DNA from: Azolla caroliniana
Taxonomy: Eukaryota; Plantae; Polypodiophyta
Direction of reading: 5' to 3'
Length of the DNA: 64,000 nt
Assembly (NCBI GenBank): GCA_043228905.1
Contig: JBHGNT010000020.1
Span: 14,384,001-14,448,000, forward strand
Below the pieces are notes generated by a model, which was not told the origin of the DNA, made no database searches, and was given only the letters and a program-made list of their open reading frames with translations. The first letter of the stretch is position 1. Each line of letters opens with the position of its first letter. Position numbers and translations under genes: made by a program. Positions 1-13,700 of the stretch are shown here, in pieces.

Positions 1-339
1 ATGTTACATTTTGAACTCCCATGCATTCTAGCCTCCCTTCCCACCTATGAAAGCTTCCCTTGGATCTCCCTTACATGTTTTTCGAGTTGGATCCTTCCAT
101 TATAGTGAGATTGTGAGGAGACCCTTACCACTCATCACATTCTTAAGTCTTTAATATTGAGACCCAAGAAAGGTCCGTTGTCAATCCTTACTCTATCTTC
201 TTAGATTCTCCTCATACATTCATGCACATCTGTCCATTCATCCCTTCCTTTAGTATTCCTTGCATTTGAGCCACTCTAAATGATTGCTTCATGTGTTCTT
301 CAAGATTACTACTATATTGTCACTCGTAGTATGAAGTAA

Positions 340-1240
340 TCAACCCTCCTAGATTGTATCTTAATGTTAACATTCATCAATTGAAGGTTGTCTGTCTTCT
401 ACACTCACCAACCTTGGTATAAAACTCAAAAATATGAATGAATGTGCCATATAATGTGGGTGAATATTTTACCAATGCCCAAATTTCCCTTTAAAGGTCT
501 ACGACAACTTATAGCATGACTTAAACGACACAAGAAACTACAACCAACAAACTAATTGGATTGAACCCATTCTGGATTGAGTACAGTTTTCATTCAGACA
601 TTGTCATAGTTTCAATTTATTAATCTTAATTTCTACCTATATCTATATTATCTTAAGAAGCTCCCATATTTGTACTCATTCATTATTGTGATTGTTTTCT
701 TTGATTTTAATATATTATATCTTTCAACATTTTTTTAGGGTTTATCAAAAAGTCTCCTAGATTGCATTTCTTTTCTCTCTTTTTATTTCTTCCTGATTTT
801 GTTCAATCAAAGCTTCATAGCATCACAGATTAATAATGACTATGTGTTCTTTGTGTGTAAAACACAGAGAAACTAAACTATGGAATCAAATGGTTATTAA
901 CCACATTTTTATCCAGAAAATGATTGTAGCAAATCATAGATATTTATAAGAAATAACATACTTGAAAACAAGACCTTGTTTTTGGAGGAGCGTTTGGAGT
1001 ATCATACCACTAAAGGTAATGTTTACTAAATTGCTGGAATATCATTTAAAATTATCAATCTCGTTTAGAGAATGTTTATGGTAAATCATTAGTGAGATGC
1101 TTACAATTATGTTGGCTTCGGAAGATCTGAAAGTGAATCTGGAATTGTTCCTCTCAAATTGTTATTGCTAAAATCTCTACAATACATTGAAGTTGTGATG
1201 ACAAGAAAGTAAATTAGCAAAACATAATTAACGAAACAAG
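340..1240 (-). pseudogene. Degenerate paralogous fragment of the LRR-RLK (two 72-bp LRR exons plus flanking introns)
   Basis: Exons 1105-1176 ([22 protein letters not shown], in-frame TAA) and 962-1033 ([23 protein letters not shown]) have AG/GT borders and match exons 6-7 of the intact gene (31676-31747, 31533-31604). Intron sequence ~340-960 aligns by eye with ~30790-31530. Confidence 0.88.
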
Positions 1241-2422
1241 AATATTCATCCATACACTATTTCTGCCATTGGAAAGCCCCTATATTTTGATGAGGATAAA
1301 TGATTTAGCTACGGAAGCGGTAATCCAGAAAATAGATATGAGCAGTGGCACTCAATCAATTATTAATGAGACTTTTGATTCTCTGGTTCGAGGTTATTGA
1401 GAGGCCGTCAGTGTCATCTCTTCATGTTCAACATGAGCCAAGCAGGAGTTGACATAATGATTAGAAGCAGGAATCTTAGCACAATCCATTCCAAAGGGAA
1501 CTAATTCATTAAAAAAATAAGAAATTTGAAACTGTGAAGAGGTCTACCCAAATAGCACATGACCACTTCATAATGCATCTGAGAAACTAAAGGAAACTTC
1601 TTGACATATTCGAGTCTAGTCTTCTTAATTCCAAAATGATGGGAAAAGTTTGTACTCCTAAACTTTGTAGCAGGTGGAAGTGGGTGAATAAGAGAAATTA
1701 TGACTAGCTCAAAAGCCACTTACCTGATGTGTTCAATCATAGATTAATAAATGTGATGGTGAGCATTCGTCTTATGTTATAAATATTACATGGAAACATG
1801 ATGATGCGGAGATAGATGTTTGACTGGACATACACAATGGAGAAAACATGGATATGAAATATATATCGGTTAGAGCAATACAACCTTGATTTTTGTACAT
1901 ATACTAAATATAACCTCTATGATTCAGTATAAAAAAAGAGACATACAATTGGAATGTTGAATACGATGAAGGTTCACACACCACACATATGATTTGAATG
2001 CACAAGTGGAGATTACGGTCCCAATCCTTACCACAAGTGGAATGTATATGCCTCAAGACTATTTGCCTTGGTTACAATCTTTACTAACTGGGTTGAAAGA
2101 AACAATAGAAAAATAGAGAAAATAGAAAAACACAGAACAAAGGAACTTGATTGTTGTATAGTTGTGGAGTTTTGACCACACAAACAACCCCTCATAGATC
2201 TCTATCTTCTCTTCTTTGCTCTTGCTCTCATGCTCACACTCTAACTCTTCGTTTGCGTTTTTTTTTTTGCTTTTTTTCTATCACGCACTCTCTATGTATA
2301 CTCTAACTTGCTTACCCGTACTCTCTATCTCTATGTTGTTCTCTTATAGTTGTGTTATTTTGCAATGTCTATATCTATATTTGCATTACACATACACACA
2401 CACACACATAAATATATATAAG

Positions 2423-3372
2423 CATAGATTAACCCATGCATGAAATTCGTAATATTCGACATCCGTAAAATTTGAGAATACAAAATAACCGCAAGAATAT
2501 TACAGAACCATTCGTTTATTTATTTATTATTTAAAAAAATAATTTTATATATTATATATAAAAATATTATTACGCTAAGGTCCCCCTTTTAATGTCAAGA
2601 GAGTAAAAAGTGGGGAATTAATGAACCTTTTTATTTATTATTTATTTATTTATTAAAAATAAAACAAATACTTTAAAGTTTTTCATGTATTATAAGAATA
2701 TTATTAGTGTGAGGTCCCCTGTTTAATGTGAGATCAAAATATAAAATTTGGTGAGAACCTTTTTTTTTATTCTATTTATTTTACATATATTTTATTTATT
2801 TGTTGTTTTATTAAAAATTAAAATATATACATCTAAGTTTGATCAATATTATTAGTGTGAGTTCCCCTTTTTAATGTGGAATAAAAATATAAAATTTATG
2901 GGAACCTTTTGTTTAGTTAATTTATTTACATTTATTTATTTATTTTTCGTTTTATTAACAAAATCAAACAAATACATTTAAGTTTTATATATATTATAAA
3001 AATATTATTAGTATGAGGTTCCCTTTTAATAACTGAGAAACATATCAATTTTTGTGGGAGAGTAAAGTGGGAAATTAATGAACCTTTTATTTATTAGTAA
3101 TTATTTTTTTATATTTATTAAAAATAAAATAAATACTTTTAACTTTTAAGTTTTCCATTTATTGTATAAAAATATTATTTAGTGTAAGCCTCCTTTTAAT
3201 GTCAAGTTAAATGTCCCATATTTAATGTGAAAGTCTCTTTGTTATATGATGTATATTAGAAACTAAAAAGTAGGAACTCTTTCTTTTTCTTTTTTTTTAA
3301 CGAATATTTTTTCATGTATTCTTATGCGTATTCGTATGGTAACCCCCACGAATGTGAATATGTCAATCTATG
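2423..3372. mobile_element. Non-autonomous hAT-type DNA transposon (MITE-like, 950 bp)
   Basis: TIRs CATAGATTAAC / GTCAATCTATG (1 mismatch) and perfect 8-bp TSD TATATAAG (2415-2422, 3373-3380). AT-rich interior with recurring ATTATTAGTGTGAGGTCCCC..TTTAATGT sub-repeats. Confidence 0.85.
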
Positions 3373-3619
3373 TATATAAGTATAACTATTACTTTCCGGT
3401 CCTGAGTCGATCCTTAGTCAAGTCTTGGATTTCTTTTTTTCCAAAAAAGTAAATAAATAATCTTAGATTTTCAATTAAAATCCGATGCACTGCATCGGAT
3501 TTACTCTATACATAGAATCCACTGAAGTGCATCTTAGTTGATTTGGTGCTTAGCTAGCTTTTGGCTTTGATCTGGCTCTAATAAGTTCTATGTTCCACTT
3601 CAGGGAAAAAAACCCTACA

Positions 3620-4870
3620 GTTCTCCCCCTCCATCTCAAGTGGGGGGCACAACTAGGTTTGCCATTTGTTTGCAAACCTCAAGTTTCTCCCTTGACAAAC
3701 ACTTTGACATCATGTTGAAGCCATTCTCATTGGTGTGTATCTTCTCAATGTGGATTTCCTTTTCTTCAAGCACATCTTGAGTCCAAATGTATCTTACACC
3801 AATATGTTTTGACTTAGAGTTCTTGCATAAATGTATAACACTCTCACCATCACAATACAAATGATACCCTTCTTGCATCAACCCCAACTCATGTAGAAAT
3901 CTCTTCAATTCTTTGCAAACTTATGTGGCAACAATATACTTAGCCTCCATTGTGATAATGCTAATGCACATTTTTGTAGTCTTGACTGCCAAGAGACAGC
4001 TCCCCCCTTGAAAGATCATTAAATACTCTAATGTAGATTCCTTGGAATCAATATCACTAGCCATACCCATCTAATACAGTTGTGATACCTCTTAGATATC
4101 GCATAATCCATTTCACTGCTTCCCAATTATCTTTGCTAGGGTTCGAGAGAAAATGACTTACAACTCCAACTACATGACTAGTCTCCGGCCTCGTGCATAC
4201 CATAACATGCATCACATTGCCGGCTCTAGAGGCATATGGTATTTGTTTCATTCTTTCTTGCTCTTCCTCACTTGTGGGGCACTTTGCTTAGCTGAGTTTA
4301 AAATGGCCCACAAGTGGAGTGTTGCCTAACTGCTCAGTCCTTGGTTATCTTCATCCCGAGGATTTGCTTAGCTAGTCCCAAGCCTTTCATAGCAAAGGAT
4401 TTGTTGAGCTCTCTTTTCAACTTCTCAATCTTGTTGGTGTCTCAACCAACAATCAACATAATATCTTCTACATATTGGAGTAGAATGACAAAATCACCAT
4501 CTAACAACTTCTTAACAAACACAATGGTGTGTGTTTGTCCTATTATACCCATGGTTCAACATAAAGGAGTCAAAAAATTTGTACCAAAGTTTCATATCTC
4601 ATTTTAGGTTGAACAAGCTCTACTTTAACCTGCATACAAAGTTTTCTTGTCCTTTGACTCCAAAACCCTTCATGTGGCACCATGTAAACCTCCTCTTCCA
4701 AATTGCCATGAAGGAAGGTAGTTTTTACATCAAATTATTCAATTTCTAGATCGAGAGTGGCCACAATTCCAAGGACAACTCTGATTGAGGATGTCTTCAC
4801 CACTGGTGAGAAAATCTCCCCAAAATCAATGCCCTTTTCTAGTCAAACCCCTTCACAACCAATCTTGCCT
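3620..4870 (-). mobile_element. Ty1/Copia RT-RNaseH relic with PPT
   Basis: Fragment ORFs IPYAS..VCTRPE..VGVVSHFLSNP..WEAVKWIMRYLRG and LYCD..IHLCKN..SKHIGVRY. Purine tract GATGGAGGGGGAGAA just before a TG at 3619 on the minus strand. Confidence 0.9.
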
Positions 4871-6366
4871 TGTTGTTATCCATATAGGTGTACGGGAGGG
4901 TTAAGATGTAATGTGTATAATCTAAGGTGTGTAATATGTATGAGTGTGTGAGGATGAGTATGTGTATGGACACATGCACATTTATGTGCATGTGTACAAG
5001 AATGCGTAATAGTCGTATTTATAACGGTCATGTGACTGTTAGATTAGATGTATTAGATAAACCCCTTATGGGGCATGTAGTGAATATACATTTTTCCCCT
5101 CTCATTTTGGTGTCATTTTCTATTTGTCTTTCTCTCTCGCTCTCTCTCTAACGTAACTCCCCTTGGGAGGGGGATGAAGCCATTCTAGGCTTCACCCCCC
5201 ACCCATGAACACTTGTATCTTAGCTATAAGCATTATTACTCAGACTTGAGCCTGGGTAAAAGCATGCAAGTGGAAACACTATTATAGCTAATTAGATGCT
5301 AAAATGGCCATAACTATTTAGGTAGTTGTTTAGCTAGGTTTTTGTGGGCAAATCATAAGGACCATTTACGAATTTTTATGCTTTATTACTTAAATACATG
5401 TCATTTATGATGGTGAATAGGTAATTTATGGGAATACTAAAAATTTTGAACTTTGGTTTTTCACGTAGTGGAAGTTGGGGAACAGTGCTCTCATCTAAAC
5501 TCGATTGGAATGTCACCAAAGTTCTGTTAATCCTAAGTTTGAGTTCGAAATCGAAATACATGGAGTACTCCAAACACGAACGCAAATGAAGCTCTTGCAA
5601 CAACACAAAAACATTGATATTGACATTGCACCTTCAAAGCAGCAAACCACCACCAAATCAATCCTCGTCCAGGTATGTATTAGTTACACATTAAAATATC
5701 TTTTTTTTTCCTTTTTGATAACTGTAATTATTATGCCTATTCATTTTTAATAAAAAACGATTATGGTGAAGTCGTTAGAGTCCTAAACAAGGATGTCTCA
5801 AAGATTGGGGTGTAGTAGTAGGTTTGTTTTTTATTGACAAAAATTCTGAGTAGGGTTGATTTCATACATATTTCAGATTAGCGCTTTTGATTTCCTTCAG
5901 CGATTGATTTCTAATTAGGGTTTCTGATTAAGGTTTCTTATTAGGGTTCTGATTTTTTAAGAGGTTGAGTTTTGATTACTATTGAAAATTTCATATTTAC
6001 TGTTGGATTTTGCACCAATTCACATTTTTTATTTCAATGGTTGTGTGTCTCCAAACTTCCCCCAAACTTGATTTAGGATTTGGGTGAATGTGGCTGATTT
6101 TTTATTTTTGATTCATTCTTACCCATTATGATTCTAAATACACATGTCCCAGTAGAGCAGAGGTAACATGTATTGATTTTTTATTTCAAGGGGCGTGGTC
6201 CTCTATATCCTAGAGTACTGAACTTTTCAAAGTTTTGCAAGACAAAGGAGGACTTTAACAACATATATGGTCTCTTGCTAGAGGTTATTGACCCTGCGAT
6301 TCTAAGAGGTAAATTGATTAGTGATGTAGATTGGTTATGATTCTATAAAGTGCCTAGAGTGAACGC

Positions 6367-7977
6367 TGTCGTAGTGTATTTCGTACACTACGTGAAAAAG
6401 TAAAAAATAATATAAACGATTTAATTACATATAAATAAATAAAATAAGAATATCAAAATATTTATCACGTGCATAGGGCAAGATTCGAACCTTGTACCTC
6501 CACGTAACCAAACCTCAACTTTACCATTATGCTACCTTATCTTTAGTGTTCTATAAATAGATTTAATAACTATAAGTGCTTTATTTGCGCCTACCTTTAT
6601 TAAAAGGTAAACCATGCATTTTTAGAGTGCGTGAATATTTTATAGAAAAACGCAAGCAACTAAAAAGTGACTCATGCACATCTAGCGTGCATGAGCACTA
6701 TATTTAGCAAATAAAAGCAAGGATTAGAAAAGCATCACATGCACATTTAGTGTGCATGAACATATGAGAAAAAGCATGTAGCTATGCTTAGTCTCTCCCA
6801 TCACTACATAAGGATGGGGAGCACAATGTAATAGGTGTGTGAAATATTTGGGAAATTGGATATATTTCCTAAAACACCAATTAATAAAATATACTCGTGG
6901 GATTCACGAAGTTTAAGATAATCTATCTCTTTCAATCTAAATTCATATTCTTACATAAATATTGATTAAATTAATACTTGTGGGATTCACAAGGTTTGAT
7001 CTCTTTTCTCAATCTACTCTAATCTATTCTAAATTATTTCAATTTATTACTACGATTTAGATAAACTAAAACAATTATACTTGTGGGATTCACAAGTTTC
7101 TATATCTCTTTCTTATAATCTATTCATATTCATAACTAGATTAGCCTCAAATTCTTCCTCCTCCTAGTCCAAAACCCCGGTGGTTCCCACCCGACTCACG
7201 CAAACGATCCGGAGCCGAAAGGCACGACACAGTTGGTGAACCCGACGTGAAGGCGGGTGGCAAGGAGATGGAGAATCAACAAGAGGCGATGAACATGATG
7301 ATAATGATGTTCGAGACAATGCTACAAGAACAACGCGAGATGTCGGAGATCACGACAGTAGTACAACGGCTCGTGCAACAGAACGGGCAATTCGATGGAA
7401 AGGACGTGTCACGCTATCTACGTGACTACAAAATGGAGATGTTGCGATATGGTATCTCAGAAAGATTGCAAGTGTTATCTTTCAACCGGGTGGCTACGGA
7501 TGAGCTTCAAGAGAGAATCCACGAGATACGACAACAAAGCCCGATGTGGGAGTCCTTTGAAGAAGCTATACGAGACACATATGACTATCTAAGACCGAAG
7601 CGGACGAGGACATGGTCCACGAACGGCGGTCAACAGTGGGTGAAAAGCGGCCACCGACTACCACCGAAGGAGAGCTTGATGCGGAAGGGTTCGGAGATGC
7701 ATGAAAAGTCGCAAGTCGACATTGAAGGGGAGCTTAAAACCGAACCAAAGTCGAGGCCAACAAAGGACGAGGAGGAGGAAGATCGAGGACGAAAGGGTAT
7801 CCCCACACCGGTTCCAGAGACTTCGGCGGCTGTGCCCGTGCACCAACGTGAGACCGGAGAGACGGAATGTGTCGGTGGAAAAGTGGAGGAGCCGAAAGGC
7901 ACGACACAGTTGGTGAACCCGACCCCGGTGGTTCCCACCCGACTCACGCAAACGATCCGGAGCCGAAAGGCACGACA
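6367..7977 (+). mobile_element. Gag-only LTR element, copy 1 (internally deleted, rearranged 3' end)
   Basis: 5' LTR 6367-7229 (TGTCGTAG...GCACGACA), PBS TGGTGAACCCGACGTGAA at 7234-7251 (tRNA-Trp), gag-like ORF from 7247, only ~57 bp of 3' LTR (~7921-7977), 4-bp TSD ACGC on both sides. Homologous to 58470-61988. Confidence 0.9.
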
Positions 7978-8200
7978 ACGCAAGGTGAATCTCAAGCATG
8001 TACGATTGGATCTATATGACGACTTCATTACGCTCCACCAAAAAGTACATCAAGAGATCCTAGTAAACAATGAGTTGTCCATTGCCTTCATTAGAGCTTT
8101 TGTATACGAGTATTGCAAAACAACGAAGGAAGCAATGGACCCTGAAATGTACAAGGTAGCTTGCAGTATTTGTGGTGAGGCATTGGTAGAACGATGCTAG
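7247..8200 (+). CDS. Truncated gag-like ORF of the element, reading through into flanking DNA
   Basis: The N-terminal ~115 aa are clearly homologous to ORF 59200-61242 (FDGKDVSRYLRDYKMEML). The frame stays open across the U5/PBS duplication and the TSD. Confidence 0.6.
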   Translation: MKAGGKEMENQQEAMNMMIMMFETMLQEQREMSEITTVVQRLVQQNGQFDGKDVSRYLRDYKMEMLRYGISERLQVLSFNRVATDELQERIHEIRQQSPMWESFEEAIRDTYDYLRPKRTRTWSTNGGQQWVKSGHRLPPKESLMRKGSEMHEKSQVDIEGELKTEPKSRPTKDEEEEDRGRKGIPTPVPETSAAVPVHQRETGETECVGGKVEEPKGTTQLVNPTPVVPTRLTQTIRSRKARQRKVNLKHVRLDLYDDFITLHQKVHQEILVNNELSIAFIRAFVYEYCKTTKEAMDPEMYKVACSICGEALVERC

Positions 8201-8366
8201 AAGATGGATAGCTTGCAACAAAAAATGGCAAGATTCTGGAGCATGGCAATTGTTGGCATAAAAGGCCTACTCCTTCCAATTTGTATCCGTCCGACTATGA
8301 ACTCTTCAATAAGTTAGAGCTTAGTATATAAGCGAATACCTAACATTGTATAGTGAGAGGAGAGTA

Positions 8367-8367
<1 letters not shown>

Positions 8368-8413
<46 letters not shown>
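8368..8413. repeat. (GA)n microsatellite within an LTR-like segment (~8347-9029)
   Basis: Pure GA run. Downstream U5-like GGGTTTCCACATAAAATCATG...TTTCCACA resembles the Copia LTR ends elsewhere in the window. Confidence 0.8.
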
Positions 8414-8416
<3 letters not shown>

Positions 8417-9069
8417 CTACGTGGAATTATTTGCTAGCAAACAAGAATCTGCCTGAGCTTTCCATGGAAATGGCAAAGCAAGGGAGAAATCGCATGTACG
8501 TGGTGATGTTTCTACTTTCAAAGACCCCCTAAACCCTAAACCCAGATGCAAAAAAGGACCCTGCTTTAGCAAAACCTGCAAGAGAGAGCGAGAGAGAGAG
8601 AGAGAATGGGTTGTGATTCTCTCTTCTTTCTTCTTAGAGAGAGTCCCTCCTCCCACACAACACACATTTTCTCTCTATTCTTCTTTTTCTTTTGCTCTTC
8701 CAACCGCCACCAAATTAGATTAGGTTTCGTGGGTTCAGGCTAATTAAAGCCCCCTTAGACCTGCGTAACGAACAACCACTTCCTTCCTTCTAGTTCTGCT
8801 GAGCCTCCCACTCTTGAGATGTGTGCAGCCTATGAACACGCCTTCTATTCACTCTTGCCATGTCGCGGCTCCAACACACCTCCTGTCATAGTGATTTTGT
8901 TTACGGGGCTTGTGGACCCCCTAGGTTGTTCACGATTTCGGGTTTCCACATAAAATCATGCGTCGCTATCGCTTGTGTTTTCTGCTTTCTCTTCTTTTGC
9001 CTAAGCACTATTCATTCTCGATTTCCACACCCGAACATACGAACGAGCGACCGGTTGTGGCCGGTCACG

Positions 9070-9480
9070 ATTCTCAACATAACCCTCCTCATCAAGCTTG
9101 TCATCGGAAATGATATTCAGCAGAATATCCGGTACATGTCTTACATCCTTCAATACAAGTTTACAACCTGTATAAGTGGCCTTAATTACATTCCCTATAT
9201 CAACAACCTTTGTCACACCATGGTTTGCCATTTGGACTTTACCAAAGTTACCACCAACATATGACACAAACATCTCTCCATCGGTAATACGCAAGGATTC
9301 CGAGTCAATTATCCAATCAGTTTGTTGGCATGCTAAATTGACACAAGCATCATCACAAACATGATAGTATCACCATAGCAGGACTTACTCTCCTTTCATC
9401 GTGCTTTTTCATTAAGAAGGTTCGACTTAAGCGTGTCCAATGTTAGGTCTACTTGTTGTTCTGAATTTCCAAGTGTTACC
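9070..9480 (-). mobile_element. Copia protease-region relic
   Basis: ACQQTDWIIDS...NFGKVQMANHGVTKVVDIGNV...LKDVRHVPDILLNIISDDKLDEEGY. Confidence 0.85.
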
Positions 9481-10766
9481 ACAAGGACATGAGCATATCT
9501 AACAAAACGAATTTAAAAAAATATCATTTCACCTACCACAAAACAACCTCTCTATGAAAGACATCATGTTGCTCATCAAGAGAAATAATATCATTTGAAA
9601 TTTTTGAGGGACTCAGAAATAACTTTTTGAGCATAAAGAGTAGATGTCATTCTTATAAACTCTCTAGGACGAGGAGTTCCATGTGTGTGAGTTAACTTAA
9701 ATTATATGTAGTTTATTTTTCAACGTTGACATCCACAACAACACACATACCCAACACAACAACCAACATGAGAACCACCATTATCACCATCAATGCCTTT
9801 GGGCGCAGTTGGTTCCTTAAGCCATGAATTTGTCATCAGCTACCATCTCCAAATTTTAAGTAGATGCATTACTTATCAATATCTTTGCTAATATAGGTTC
9901 TTCATATTAAATGACTTCAATATCTTTCCCAAGTATATTTACATGATCGAAAAATTTCTCTAGTTAATATTACCAACTAATAGACTTTCATAAGACACAC
10001 ATGGTCAAAGTAAGTATTTGCCAACTTTAGTTATATTATGCATACCATTTGCCATAGTTTCATTCTCAGCTTTTTTTTTGTAGCAAATATTCAATTTGGA
10101 TCAACGAAATGGAGCGAGTCAACTTCTACTCAAACTTGTGTTTGCTCTCTCCAATATAACATTGTTTAGAATCTTTCCATGAAACAAAGATTACGTTCCA
10201 TAGCAATCAATCAATGGAGAATGGCATGTGAATTGTTCATACAATAAATGTCTTAAGAATAATTACACAAGTCAACACAATATATGTGTTAGGCCACCAT
10301 GTCAATATAATAAATGTCTAAGGCATATTGAAACATGTTGACACAATAAATGTCTTCATCATAATCATTAAGGGAACATTAGATTTTGAAATACTAGACT
10401 TATTACTGTATATGTAGAACGATGTGCAAGCATTGAGACCTTAATTTATATGCACCAAATAACTTTTCATCCACATGGTCTAACAAATTATCACATGCAA
10501 ATTCACACGATAAATAAATTGATAAATTTATGGTATAAACCATTTAAAGGTAACTAGAATCCATACACCATATCAACCACCATCCTTGACATGGTCCATA
10601 AATGTTTAATAATTTGGTTCAATGCTAGAAACAATAGCTTTTCGATTATAATATACTTGTACTTTTGGAACAAAAGACTATATAACATTTCATAGAATGT
10701 GCCAACCATTTTTTGTCATTTCTTATGCAAATTCATATAAATGTTGGTACTTAACCATGTTATTCC

Positions 10767-13700
10767 TCATCGAGCTTGCACATTTGAATATGTAGATGAA
10801 ATTTCGCTTGTGACCATTGGTGATGCTTCATGATTTGATTCCATTATGATGGCGTCACGTAGCTCATGACAAACATTATACATTGTAGGTCTCTTCATCC
10901 CTTCATGTTGGACACACGCCATGGCAATCTCTAGTACTTTCCACATAGATGACAGATTATATTCATCTTTAATTCGTTCATCAACAACTTCTTGGATCAT
11001 TCCTTGTTCGAATGAGGGTCTTACCTGTGCAATTAAAAATACTTTCAACTATTTCCATCATTCCATTAACAATATTATAATGTTTTGCAGGCTAGCAATG
11101 ATCATCATACCCATTCGGTAATGAGGATGTCTACATTTTTTAGATTTGCATCTTGGGATACTACAGGCATTTTTCCACATATAGCTTCAAGCATAACCAC
11201 CCCAAAGCCATATATATCGACCTTTTGTGTCAATCTTAATGTGGATGCATACCTATGTTAAAAAAGGAAAACAAAACAACATAAAAATTTAAAAACATGA
11301 ACCTTAATGCTTCTAGGGGAATAGGATCTTTCTAGGATACTAGCATGATAAGAGAGTTTTTTCTTAAGATAAATGTATGACTTTTTGGTTATTAGTGATA
11401 TTTATAAATAGTTCGTGCTAAACCAATACTCAAGAACCTAAAAACTTACTCAGGATCTAAATATCCCATAGTACCAATTATCCTTGTTGTTGCATTACTA
11501 GTGTCATTTGATGTGAATTTTGATATCCCAAAATCAGACATCTTCCCTTCGAAATTACTCGATAATAAAATATTGCTACTCTTCACATCTCTGTGAATGA
11601 TGTTACATCCATCATGTAGATATGCAAGTCCTACAGTAGTAAACAATGTTTAACATTCAAAATAAAAACCATTGATCTAAACCTGTATATTATTATTTTC
11701 CTTACCTTGTGCGGCGTCAGACAAAATTTGTAATCTTTGAGGCCATGTCAGAGTTCTTGATGCTTTTCTCCCTTTGTTAATGATCAAAGAAAAAATGATT
11801 TGTAATGTACAAGCAACCTCAAGGAGTTAAATTAAAATTTGTAAAAGCGAGACAAATGTAAATAGTGAATATGTTATCTTACTTGAAAGGGCATCATAAA
11901 GTGAACCATTTGACATGAATTCATAAACCAACACAAGTGATTTCTCAATAGAATAACCCACAAATCCAACAAGATTCTTGTGGTGAACACGAGAGAGAAG
12001 ACTAACCTACAATCAAAAACAAAATGTTTGTTTAAAACAATTGTATTATAAACATTAAATCATATATTAAAATATAAAAATCATAGATAAGCTATCCAAT
12101 GTGTATTAATAATGATTTGAGGTGGAAAATTGTTTAAACCTTAGGAATTGATGGCCAATGACATATAAATTAGAGTGAAAGAGGATACAATAATCTGAAT
12201 AGGAAGGGGGTTTGAATGAAACACACCATCATGATTAAAGAAGGTGACAAATCAAGATCTACTTACATTATGGGCGTGGAAAGTACTATAAACTTATAAA
12301 ATGAGTCTTATTATATAGTTCTTGTTAATTACTTAGTGGAATTGTTCTCAAATCACATGTTTATCACTAATGTAGTCCCTTTCCATAGTGTACATGTGAT
12401 GCAAGTTTGCAGCAATTAATATTGGCATGCCGAATACTATTTCTTTAAAGCATTCACTAAAAATACCACTTGATGGCCAGGATGATTTATTAGAGATATC
12501 TCAAAAATTGTGATATGTGTGAGCAATGAATGGTAGACATTTTAGAGTCTCTTGCATAGACTACCAAACCTTATGCATGCCATTTAGTTGCATAACCACC
12601 TAGAAAGGGCTCAACATTAAGAGGATTTCACACTGTCGTTGATATGGCATTGGCCATCTCTTCCACCTTGAAAGAGCGACGACTATTATTGTTTATTGTG
12701 ACAATAGCCTTCATTTCACGCAATACCACCAACTGACCTCTAACAATTGCTAGCCACTCTTCAATATTTATGTGACAATGCATTGCTAATGCAAACACAT
12801 TAATCATAACAAAACTCTCTAGTCAACAATGTATGACAATGTTCCCATAATGGTAAAGAAGAAAGGACAAGGAAAAACCAAAGTTGAAATGTAAAAGACA
12901 TAGTATGCTTTCAAAAAACTTGTAGAAACTTCAAAATCAAGCACTACTTATTTTAATGGAAGACATTTTAAAGTGGAAAGATTCTATGTTCCTCATAAGC
13001 TAAGTTACTTGCAACATAGGTCACAATTTCTCTTGTCTTTGTTCAATTGCGCAATACCACCAACTGACCTCTAACAATTGCTAACCACTCTTCAATATTT
13101 ATATGACAATGTAGTGCTAATGAAAACACACTAATCATAATAAAACTCTCTAGTAAACAATGTATGACAATGTTCTCATAATGATAAAGAAGAAAGGACA
13201 ATCAAAAACCAAAGTTGAAATGTAAAAGACATAGTATGCTTTCAAACAACCTGTAGAAACTTCAAAATCAAATGCAACTTATTTTAATGGGGAGACATTT
13301 TAATGTGGAAGGATTCTATGTTCCTCATAAGCTAAGTTACTTGCAACACAGGTGACAATTTCCCTTGTCTTTGCTCAATTGCGCTTAGGAAAGAAGCACA
13401 AATAAGTGATATCATTGTGACTCTTAACAATTATTTTTTGTTACTCATATCTTCCTTTATAAACTATGATAGTTTCTACTTTTCAATATATAAGAGCATT
13501 GTCTATTATAATACTATTAAGAGTATTTGTCTATTACATATAGCTTGAAAAATCTTCATATGGTCAAGAAACCTCTAGTGCTCTAGTGTCTATTACAAAA
13601 GTTAGTGAGAATCTGTGGATTAATGGGATGGTAAGTTTTTCTTGCCATGAGTGTTAGATGTGATGAACTCCATTATTCTTGAACCCATTTAGATTAACTA

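Noticed and set aside
7978-8300. Host gene disrupted by the gag-only element
   Set aside because: The rejoined flanks (6190-6366 plus 7982-8300) look coding-like but contain stops and a frameshift and match nothing I recognise. Probably another TE relic.
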